Shown one piece after another: positions 28,401 to 40,400 of a stretch of DNA of 44,583 bases (positions are counted from its first letter, which is position 1; every line of letters starts with the position of its first letter). This stretch comes from Chiloscyllium plagiosum (lineage: Eukaryota): positions 28,627,071 to 28,671,653 of the forward strand of contig NC_057718.1 in assembly GCF_004010195.1 (NCBI RefSeq). The letters run 5' to 3'. A program made the position numbers and the translations under genes. The notes below the pieces were generated by a model. The model was not told the DNA's origin. It worked only from the letters and a program-made list of their open reading frames with translations, and did not search any database.

Positions 28401-31400
28401 GCTCTATACACCAAATGATGTCCATTTAAGAAAAATGACCCTATTTAAGGGGTTGGTGGGTTTTCCCCACTGGCATTACACTACTACAAACCAAACCCAC
28501 CCACAATATTTAAGGAAGATAAAAGGGTGATGAGTTTGCAGTAAAGAGAGAATACGAGTAATGGAGTTCAAATTGGCAGACAGTACTCTTTCCAGGTGAT
28601 TTATTTTCATTTACATAAATTACATGTACTTCGGCACGAGACCAGGATTATCAAAATTTGCCAATGATGCCAAATTACAAGTTGTGGGAACCCATGAGAA
28701 AGAAAGCAAGAGATTCTGAAAGATACAAATTAGCATAAAAATGGGCAGTTAGCTATAAATGCAGTTTAGTACACAAAAGTTGGAAATTGCAGATTTTAGG
28801 AAAAGAAACAGTGAACAGAGTTATACTCTAGATGATGATAAGTAATATAAATGGAATATTAAAACAAGAGTGTCGTTTTTTGCAATTCTTGTACAAGCAT
28901 TTACCTCCCAGGAAATTTTAATTTAAACATGATGTAAGTCTCCTTACGTTAATATTGCGGCAATAATTTCTATATGCTGATCACTTATTTTTGTATATTT
29001 GATGGGTTTTGTAAAAATATAGCCACAGGCCTTTTGACCTGGACACCAAAAACTATCAAGCCAGTTCAACTAACCGTTCAAGTCAATGATGACTTAAGTG
29101 GATCATTTCTGAATCCAACTGTCCAGATGTGCAACTGTATGGATGGAGGTGAATGTGATTATGATACAATCCTGCAGGCACACTTTCTGGGGAAACTTCA
29201 GGTTAGTCACTTTGCAGGCACCATCTGATTGGTGAGTATGGAAATATTTCTAGAAAAGGAGGTTAAATAATATATTACACTGTTGAAAAGGAATCAATTA
29301 TTGGTTGGAGCTAAGTAATAAGCACTGAATAGGATGTGGTTTTTGTACACTTACCTTTTCTCTTTATTAAAATACACTATGCAGTCAAGTGTGTTGTCCT
29401 ATATGGTTCCTACAATTGATTCTACTATGTTCATTGCATGTATTTTTGATTATTTCTAACATAAAAATATTGTTGGATATACGATACTGGCGTTACTTTC
29501 TTAATATTTTGTTATTCTCACTCTAACATATATGGGGAAGAAATGAGATTACTCTTGATTTTGGATACGGGACTTGGAAGTCATGGGTTATGAAGAAAAT
29601 TTATATCACACTCAAAACATTAACTCTGTATCTCTCTCCTCAAATGCTCCCAGACCTGCTGTGCTTCTCCAGTACGACCTGTTTTCATTTGGGATTCTTG
29701 TGGCTTCTTCCAATGATTTAAATGTGTGGGTCAGTGCTGAACACACTGCTGATGAGCTGGGTATTCAACAAAATCCAAACAGCATATGTGACAGATGTAT
29801 TTTTCAGCTGGCCTGCTTCTCTAGCAACCAGCCCCTTTTTAGAGGGAACATGCAATCATTATATCGCATGTTGATGATCTGTGAAAAAACTGGCTACAAA
29901 GAGAAACACAGAAAATGAAGTATGAGAAAAGACAGAGGGCTTCCTAATTCCACAAGATGCCTTTGACTGTACAGATATAGCTTTGAAGGAGCTCCATGTC
30001 AACTTTGCCTTATACAGGAATCAAAGAGATTCCACTCCTTCAGTAGTAGCTGGTTGCAACCAGAGGCAGGGGACGATGCAGAGTCAGGTGTGTGGTGCTG
30101 GAAAAGCACAGCAGGTCAGGCAGCACCAAGGAGGAGCAGAATCGACAGGCAAAAGCTCTTAATCAGGAATGAGGCTTGAGGGCCAGGGAGGCTGAGAGGG
30201 GGGGGGGGGGGGGGGGGAAAGTAGCTGGGAATGCAATAGGTCGATGAAGGGAGGGGAGAAGGTGATAGGTCAGAGAGGAGGGTGGAGCAGAGAGCTGGGA
30301 AAGGTGATGGACAGGTCAGGAGGGTGGTGTCAAGTTGGAGACTTGGGACTGGAATAATGTGGGGGGAAGAGAAATGTGGTAACTGTTGAAATCCACATTG
30401 ATCCCGTGTGGTTGCAGAGTCCCAAGGTGGAATATGAGGCGTTCTTCCTTCAGGTATTGGGTGGTAATGGTTTGGCGGTGCAGAGGCCCAGGACCTGCAT
30501 GTCCTTGGTGGAGTGGGAGTTGAAGTGTTTAGCCATGATGTGGTTGGGTTGGTTGGTGCGGTTGTCCCAGAGATGTTCTCTGAAATGATCTGCAGATTGG
30601 CATCCTGTCTCCCCGATGTAGAGGAGACCACATCGGGTGCAATGGATATAGTAGATGACATTGGTGGAGATATAGGAAAATTTTGTAGGAGTGGAAGGAT
30701 CCTTTGGGACCTTGGATGGAGGTGAGGGGAGTGGTGTGGGCGTAGGTTTTGCACTTCCTGTGCTGGCGGGGAAGGTGCCGGGAGTGGGGTGAGGGTTGGT
30801 GACAGGTGGGGGGGGGAGGGGGGAAGGATTTGACAAGGGAGTCACGAAGGGAATGATCTCTCCAAAATGCTGATAAAGGTGGGGAGAGAAATATATCTCT
30901 GGTGGTCGGGTCCGTTTGTAGGAGGCGGAGGTGGTGAAGGATGATGCGATGTATACAGAGGTTGATGAGGACCAGGGGTGTTCTATCCTTGTAGCGTTGT
31001 GAGTGGCGGGGTTCAAGGGCAGAGGTGTGGGAAGTAGAAGAGATGCACTGGAAGGCATCGTCGACCATGTGGGAAGGGAAATTGCACTCTTGGAAGAAGG
31101 AGGCCATCTGGGATTTTCTAAGGTGAAATTGGTCATCCTGTGAACAGATGCGGCGGAGGGGAGGAATTGTGAATAAGAGATGGCATTTTTACAGGAGGTA
31201 GGGTGGGAGGAGGCGTAGTCTAGGGAGCTGTGTGAGTCAGTGGGTTTGTAGTAGATGTCCGTGGTTAGTCGGTCACTGTTGATGGAGATGGAGAGGTCCA
31301 GGAAGGGGAGAGAGGTGTCCAAGATGGTCCAGGTGATTTTGAGGTTGGGGTGAAAGATGGTAGTGAAGTTGATGAACTATTCAACCTCCTTGTGAGAGCA

Positions 31401-34400
31401 CGAAGTAGCACTGATACAGTCATCGATGTAGCGGAGGAACAGGCGAGGGGTGGTGCCGGTGTAGCTGCGGAAGATGGAGTGTTCCACGTATCCGTCGAAG
31501 AGGCAGGCATAGCTGGGTCCCATGGTTTCCCCTTTAGTTTGGAGGAAGTGGAAGAATTGGAAGGAGAAGTTAAGTGTGAGGACCAGTTCAGCCAGGCAGA
31601 TGAGGGTGTCAGTGGAACGGTACTGGTTGGGATGGTGTGAGAGGAAGAAATGGAGTGCTTGGAGGTCTTTGTCATGGCAAATGGATATGTATAGGGACTG
31701 GATGTCCATGGTGAACATGAGGCAATGAGGACTGGGGAAATGAAAGTCTTGCAGGAGGTGTAAGGCGTGGGTGGTATCCAGAATGTAGATGGAGAGTTCC
31801 TGGATTAAGGGGGTACAGGAGGGTGTCAGGGTCTGCAGAGATGAGTTCTGTGGGACAGGAACACGCTAAGACAATGGATCGACTGGGGATGTCAGGTTTG
31901 TGAATCTTCAGTAGAGGGTAGAATGGGGCAGTGCGGGGGTCACGGACAATGAGGTTGGAGGCTGATGGGAGATCCCCAGAGGTGATGAGGTTGTGGATAG
32001 TCTGGGAGATGATGGTTTGGTGATGGAAGGTGAGGTTGTAGTCGAGGGGGCAGTAGGAGGAAATGTCCATGATTTGGCACCTGCCTTCAGCGGTGTAGAG
32101 GTTGGTGCACCAAACTACCACAATGCCCCCCTTGTCTGCTGGTTTCATTGTGATGTTGGGGTTGGAGTGGAGGGAGTGGAGGGCTGCGCGTTGAGGGCGG
32201 GATGTTGGAGTGGGTGAGGGGGTCTATGTCACGGCGGCAGTTAGAAATGAAGAGGTCAAGGGCAGGTAACGGGCCAGTACGGATGTCCAGGTTGCAGGGA
32301 TCCTGCAACCAAATGAGATCAATATGGATTTCAGCAGTTTCCCCATTTCCCCTCCCCCCACATTATACCAGTCCCAAGCCTTCAGCTTGGCACCTCCCTC
32401 CTGACCTGTCCATCTTCCTTCTCATCTATCTGGTCCACCCTCCTCTCTGACCTATCACCTTCTTTCCCACCTTCACTTACCTATTGCATTCTCAGCTACC
32501 TTTCCCCTAGCCCTACCCCCCTCCCATTTATCTCTCAGCTCCCTGGCCCACAAGCTTCATTCCTAATGAAAGACTTATGCCCAAAATATCGATTCTCCTG
32601 CTCCTTAGATGCTGCCTGGCCTGCTGTGCTTTTCCAGTACCACACTCTCGATTCTGATCTTCAGCATCTGCAGTCCTCACTTTCTCCGAGGGAATGACGC
32701 AGGTCAATGCTTGGTAGCTTGACAGTAATCATTGTGGTTTTATTCTGCAGCATCTGCTTTGAGCTGAGATTAGAAACTTTATGTAGGAGGAATTGGGTTC
32801 AAATCTACCTTCACCCACCAGTGTTTAACCATAACAAGAATACAGATGGCCAGCATTGTTCTCCTTTCATTTCAGATTGTCGGATGTATATGCTCAGAGC
32901 TGTTTTCAGGAGAGTTCTGCTCAGAATATCAAGATCACTGTAAAGGGCAGCCTTGTTTCCCAGAACTGAAATGCATAAACCAAATCAGTCCACAGCTTTT
33001 CCAATGTGGTACATGTCCATCTGCAACCATTGCAAATGGGAAAGAGGGATACAAATGTTTTTTACATGGTGAGAAATTATTAAGAAATACTTTTACATTA
33101 AATTCATTGGATTAAAGTGAGGATATGTTTATGGAGCAAAGATTAAATAGAAATAAAATATCACGGGCATTAATGATCCATCTCTTCAACTTGTTATTTT
33201 ATAGATCCATGTTGACCTTCATGGTATTTCCATGACACATATTTCTTTCTAACCTTCTTTCTGCTCATCTCCTTTTTTTCTGATTTTGTTTACTGTCTCT
33301 TTTGCTTGGCCTTTTTATTGTCTGTTCACTTTTGCTGAGCTCCCAAATTTTCTCTGCTGGCTGTAGTAAGATAAATCTGCAACATTAGCACTGATCGGTC
33401 TTACTGCCAGGAGTGATTTCTGAGTTGGTCACTGATGCTTTTCCTCTCTTTTCTTGCTCCCTGTTTTTTAGATTAGATTAGATTAGATTTCTTATAGTAT
33501 GGAAACAGGCCCTTTGGCCCAACAAGTCCACACTGGTAGGCTTTCACTCCATTTCCTGTCTTCATAACATCTTCTGCTTTCTCTGTCTGTCACTTACACT
33601 TAAGGCAAGATAAAATGTCATATTGATGATGTTTTACATTGTTAACTGTATATATATCATTTCATTATCTCATTGGTACCTAGAAATACATGTGTTAAAT
33701 ATAAGGAAAAGGTTGCGAATTAAATCAGTCACTTTTTTGAAAGGAATGTTTGGTTGACAGTACCACAGGAGAAAGGAAAGAAAGAAGGAGCACACAAAGT
33801 TATTGCTGACATTGGAACCAATGACACAGATAAACGTATGTTTAAATTTGAATTGAGGGAGTTTAGGTTAGAGTTAGGCACTAGAGTGTAAAAGAAGACC
33901 TTACATAATAATCTCTGGATTGATCTCTCTTCCATATGTTGGCAGATTAGGGAGAGGACATTGAGGAAGGTAAATTCTTGGCTGCAAGGAGGGAAGAGTT
34001 CAGACACTTGGAAACTGGGTGAGGCTCTACTATAAGCAAAGGTTCACAAAGTAGCATTGAATGAAGTTGATCGCACCTTTTCCAGAGATTCTAAGTAAAT
34101 CAGCAGAACAATAATCTGGCAGGGGAGGAATGAGGAAAGTCTAATGAAGAAGAGGATCATTAATAAAGATGTTAGATTTTAACAGAAGGTCTCACTGAAA
34201 CAAATAATGGGAAAATACAATCAAAAGAGAAAAGGAAGGAAAGTGGTCTTGAGAAAGTGAGAGATTAAATCACTATTGTGGAACTGACAAGGGGACAATC
34301 TTCCCAACCTACAATTTTGACTACCTTGAAGGACAGGTACAGTACAACCTGCAAGTTCCCCTTCAAGACACACACCATCCTAATTCCAGTTGATTGTTGC

Positions 34401-37400
34401 TGTGGTAAAATCCTGGAATTCTCTTCAGAACACCACTCTGGATATTGTAGCTACAACACTTGGACTGCAGAAGTTCAAGAAGACCTGGGGTGTTTGTGCA
34501 TAAACCTTTGAAAGTGACCTTGCAGGTTGAGAAAGTAACTACCAAACTGAAAGGGTCCTGGGCTGTATATGTAAAGTGCAAAAGCATGGAAATTATGATG
34601 GACCTGTATATAACATTGAAGTATTATGGTCAATTTTGGGTAGCACAATTTAGGAAGGATGTGAACACTTTAAAGAGAGTCCAGAAAAAAATCCTGCATT
34701 GCTTCCAAGGATCAGAAACTTCAGATATTAGGATAAATTGCAGAGGCTGGGGTTATTCTTCTGAGAGAAAAGAAGACTGACAGGAAATTTGAAGGAACTG
34801 TTCGGAATAATGAGGGATATAGACAGAATGAATAGAGAGAACGAATTCTCATTGACAGAATGGCAGAAGACAATCACTTATGCTAAATGGTAAAATAACT
34901 ATGACAAGGTGAGGGAAAAGTTTTGTTATACAAGTACACAATCCTTTATCTGAAATCCTTGGGGCCAGTTGTTTCTCGGAATTCGGAATTTTTCGGACTT
35001 TTGAATAAATGACGTTTTCACAGTGAAATAAAAAAAATTACCTAACAGCAGATGCACGTGCAAATAGTCCGAGCTCTGAGACGCAATTGATGCCTGCAAG
35101 TGCTGGGCCACGCCGCTATGTCACATCTGAGTGACGGGGTTCGAGTGGGTGTGGAGTTAGGTCACCTGTTTGCACGCTAAAATGATGCTCCATACTCCAC
35201 GAAAAAAAATCGAATTTTGGAGCTTTTCCGATTTTGGAATTTCGGATATAGGAGTATCTGTACTGCAATAATTAGAATCTGGAATACACTGCCTGAAAGT
35301 GTAGTGGAGACAGCTTCAATTACAACTTTCAAAAGGAGATTGGATAAAACCTGAAGGGGAAAGGTTTACAGGGCTACAAGGAGAAGCCTGCGGAGTGGGA
35401 CTAATGGCATTACTGTTGAAGAGAACTGGCAGAGACATGAGGAGCTAAATGGCCCTTTCTATGTGGTAATCATTCATGATTCGACAAGGAGGGGAAAAGT
35501 TAAACTGTAGTGTTAATGAGAGCAAAGGACAGTTCTAAAATGGAAGAATGCAGTGGGATTTAAGACAAAATCCAAATGGATAGAACAGAGTTAACATATG
35601 GATAATAATAACACATATGACTAGAACCAAGTAGACAAGAAAATTTGACTGATCTCAGCATGATTCAGGTCAGCAAAAGTGGAGATGATATATAAGCAGA
35701 AATTTAAACACAGCACAGTGGTTATGAATCTTTAGAATTTGCTCTGTCACAGGGCAGAGTATGTTAAGCTGAAGGTCAATAGATTTCTGATGACCAATGG
35801 TTTACAGGTTGGGGATAGGCTGAGTAAAAGGCATTGATTTCTTCAATCAGCCATGATCATATTGAATACTGGGGCAGATCCTGAATAGCCTACTCCTGTT
35901 CCTGTTCACCAAGGCTCCTTCCAAACTACAGCCACTTCCATCTAGAAGGGCAAGGGCTGCAGGTGCATGGGAACACCACCAACTGCAAGTTCCCCTCCAA
36001 GCCACTCTCCATCCTGACTTGGAAATATATTGTTGATCCTTCACTGTCACTGGGTGAAAACCCTGGAATTCCCTCCCTAGGCTCAACCCACAGCATGTGG
36101 ACTGCAGCAGTTCAAGACAACAGCTCACCACCACCTTCTCAAGAGCATCTAGGCAATGGCAGTAGATGCTGGCCCAGTCAACAATGCCAAAATGCTGTGA
36201 GCGAGTTAAAAAAAAATTCATAAGATTAATTGAAATAAAGGTGATCCATTATGGTTAAAATGGGATTTCTCTCTTTTAGAATTTCTCCAGATTGCTTCAT
36301 CGATTGATATGTTTCTAACTCAACAAAGAAAGATGCATTGCTTTATTTCATGTTGAGGGCAAATAACAGATATGAATGCATCCGATAGCAGACAAGGGGG
36401 GAGTAGCAAACTTAACATAGATAAGTACAGCATTAGAAACAATGAAGTTTCGAAAGAAGAGAAGGAATTAACTGGGCAAAGTTAGTCAGTGTGGAAGGAT
36501 GAATTCTCCCCACAGCTCATCCTAGTATAAGATCCATTTCGTAGATTTGCTGCGACCTTCCTCTTTTCTGGCAAGGATCTACATGGCCTGCTGGGTCTAG
36601 TGTTGGAGAGGACAAAAAACACCTTATAGTCTGACAAGGAAAGAGTCTTGTCTTAAACAGCAACTAGGTACAAATTACCCTGTTAAAAAGTGTGGCACTG
36701 GGAAAGCACAGCAGGCCAGACAGCATCCGAGGAGCAGGAGTTGACGTTTCGGGCATAAGCCCTTCAACAGGAATGATCGACTCTCCTGCTCCTCAGATGC
36801 TGCCTGATCTGCTGCACTTTTCCAACATCTCACTATCTCCTACAAATTACATTTGGCATTGTTGCTGAGACAATGAGACCTAGATTTTACATTTTACTCA
36901 TTCATGGTCCAAAACCATAACCCGTGAGGCCATGGTCCATCCTCAAATGGAGCAGTGTTTAATATACTCCTCAGCATTAACACTTTCAGCCACTGACATT
37001 ATTACATACCAACCAAAAGCTCAATAGATCCAGTTAATAATCGGGGGAATCTTCCTAGCTTTGTGGCCAGTTGCCAGGTCACTTAGGTACAGTTATTGTC
37101 AGGAAATCCAATAGAACATAAAACGGAATGGATTATTTTACAGAAATGTACTTGGACCCAACTGGCTTTTCAATAACTGGTGATTATGGTGATTCAAAAT
37201 GATTTACTCAGATAATCTCTCCACATATTATCTTCAAATATATAAAAGGTTGTAAATCACTACTTTCATTTACAATTTATACATGCTTAATTGTTAATAA
37301 TACGAATCTCATTTTAAATCTTGATTTCAAACACTTTTAAATGGTATCTTTACTCTTATTTTCCTTTCACTTCCTCTTCAAAGCAATTTTGCTCTTTTGT

Positions 37401-40400
37401 CTCAGAAGTAATTGACTTCTGTTGAGTGCAGTTTTATAGGTGCATGGCATCACCAAGCAGCTTGCTAAAATGACCATTTCTCATGTATGAAATTAGATAG
37501 TTAATCTTAGCAGGCTATTTGATCATTTGGGAACATGGTAGCTAAGTGCTTATAGAGTCATAGTCATAGAGATGTATAGCATGGAAACAGACGCTTCGGT
37601 CCAACCTGTCCATGCCAACCAGATATTCCAACCCAATCTAGTCCCACCCTGCCAGCACCCAGCCCATATTCCTCCAAATCCTTCCTATTCATATACCCAT
37701 CCAGATGCCTTTTAAATGTTGCAATTGTACCAGCCTCCACCACTTCCTCTGGCAGCTCATTCCATGCATGTACCACCCTCTGCGTGAAAAAGTTGCCCCN
37801 NNNNNNNNNNNNNNNNNNNNNNNNNNNNNNNNNNNNNNNNNNNNNNNNNNNNNNNNNNNNNNNNNNNNNNNNNNNNNNNNNNNNNNNNNNNNNNNNNNNN
37901 NNNCCTGTACTCAATACTCTGACCGATAAAGGTAAGCAAACCAAACGCCTTCTTCACTATCCTATTTACCTGTGACTCCACTTTCAAGTAGCTATGAACC
38001 TGCACTCTAAGGTCTCTTTGTTCAGCAACACTCCCTAGGACCTTACCATTAAGTGTATAAGTCCTGCTAAGATTTGCTTTCCCAAAATGTAACAGCTCGC
38101 ATTTATCTGAATTAAACTCCATCTGCCACTTCTCAGCCCATTGGCCCATCTGATCAAGATCCTAAAATGTGCATGTGTAGATAGTGGAAAGTGCTATTAT
38201 ATAGAGGTAAGGAGCGTGGATCAGACACACTTTTCCTCTTTCAAATTAATTATGGTGCTATTATCTCAACCAAACTGGAGTTAGCCACTTTCGGACAAAC
38301 CAATAGTTTTTGGACTTTGTCAGTCTGTATGGCTAAAACAAGCTTCTATAAATATTATTTATTTATTCAAATCATAACCCAACATACATAGTTGGCATTG
38401 ATACTGAAATCTATGCTCAAGACTAGATTTCTTTAATTTTCACTCCCAATGGGAAGTTTCAACACTAGGAATGCATAAAAAGGAATGGGTCAGCAAAACT
38501 ACAGAATTTCTGCTCATAATGAATGGAAACCCATGACATCCAGGACTGAATTTTGATTTGTGCTCTTGGGTGTTATACTTAGGCTATGAATTTGTACAAT
38601 CAGCTGATATGACTGATTTTTGTCCACTATGTATCTGCCACACATCCACATGTGTTGTGTTCTTTAGCAGAAAGATGTCTGTCAACATTACTGAATGATA
38701 CAGCTACTTTAATTCTTTGAATAACATCTGATTTTATTTTTCTGTATTAATCATTTTTAATTTTTAAATTTCTTTTCAGATGAATGCCTTCCACCATTTC
38801 CTTTTCCCTGCCATGAATTAGCTAACTGCATCAGCACTGGTCACAGCCATCACTGTCAATGCAAGGAAGGATTCATGGGTGATGGAGTAAACTGCACAGG
38901 TAAGCATCGAGTGCTTAAATTCACCTGGTCATCTCTTCCAGACATTCTGCAATCCACCACAGAGATCTTTTATTCCTGAATGTGACTGGGTGAGCAGAAA
39001 TTTTCAGATAACGCAAAAAGACGACAAAACTGAGGGCTGACCATTTCAATTGATGGGGACAAATGTAGAACAATTGAAAAAAAATGTTGTACTTTGGTCA
39101 GATAATCACAGAAGATGCAAAATAAGAAAACTGAAATTATACAAAGAATTGAAATAGCAAGAGATGCTTTCATGAATGTAATTCCAACAACAAAAAACAA
39201 GAACATGTGCAAAAGAAATTTGCACATGCCTTTGATCAAATGCCATGACACATAAAAAATTCTGACTGTTGTTGGTTGTTATCAGCCTAAGTAATTGCAG
39301 ATCTTCCCTCGTTAATATGCAGCTTCCTATTTAACTGCCTTCAGTGAATGAACAAGACACCAAGAAATCTCAGCATAGGTCTGAGTGTAAATTTGGCAAC
39401 TCCAGCTTGCTGCCAACTCCTAAGGACCTCCATCTTGGTAACAGCATCTCAGGACACCCTCAAAGGGCAGTGACTATATGCATGCCATGTCCTTGGGGAC
39501 TCTGGCACTGCCTTTCAGTCAGCTCCTCCACATTATCATGGCACATCTCCAATTCACACTTTAAAGTTTCTGCACTTTAAGGCTGTACCTCAGAGCCTAC
39601 CAGTAACTATCTTTGCAATGTTGCTGCCAGGCCACTTTAGGTCCAGTGCATGGATTGGACAATGATGCATTTCCAGCTGTTCATTTTCTCCCTTAACATT
39701 CTCTCACCCTGAGCCCACATGGATGCTCACAGCTCCCATCCCTGCCTTTTTGCTCTTTGCCCCCAGAGCTAGAGATATCAGGCTCACAGTACTTCTGTCT
39801 GGCTTTCAGCACTGACACCAAGCTAGGAAGTTTGCCCTGGTTGTCAGCAGTCCTCATTCAAATCAAGGGACTCAACCTTCAGTCAAGGGTCTCATAATGT
39901 GACCTGAGGGCAGCCTGTGATACCAGTCCTAGGGCTTGGACATAGTCAGTCAGATGCTTGGGCATTCAGGGTCAGGATTCTCTCCTCCTAAGGGGTATGG
40001 AACTGAACATTGGGCAGGCCACCACATTGCCTTCCTCTTTCTGCCCTATTGTGGGCTATCTTCTTCTGGAACAAAAGGAAAGGAGGTATTAAAGGAGGTG
40101 AAAGTGGCTGGTGCAGCTGTTAGTGCTAGTGTAGGTGGGAGTGAATAGTAAGTTGTCATGAAAAAATGCGTAGGCAGCACAGAGGCCTGGAGTTAGGGTC
40201 AGGGTTCAGGTTAGGGTTCGGATGGGTGGCAGTGAGTGAGGAAAGATGTTGCATTGTAATAGTGACAATGTGGAGATGCTGGTGTTGGACTGGGGTGGAC
40301 GAAGTTAAAGGTCACACAACACCAGGCTATATTTCAACAGGTTTATTTGGAAGTACAAGCTTTGCTATCTGATGAAGGAGCAGAGCTCCGAAAGCTTGTA

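Noticed and set aside
30197..30217. Poly-G run as a regulatory G-quadruplex
   Set aside because: It lies inside the Penelope terminal repeat, where the partner arm has a shorter interrupted C-rich tract; likely slippage or a homopolymer error.
40193..40220. Telomere-like TTAGGG motifs
   Set aside because: Only two exact units in degenerate context, not a real array.
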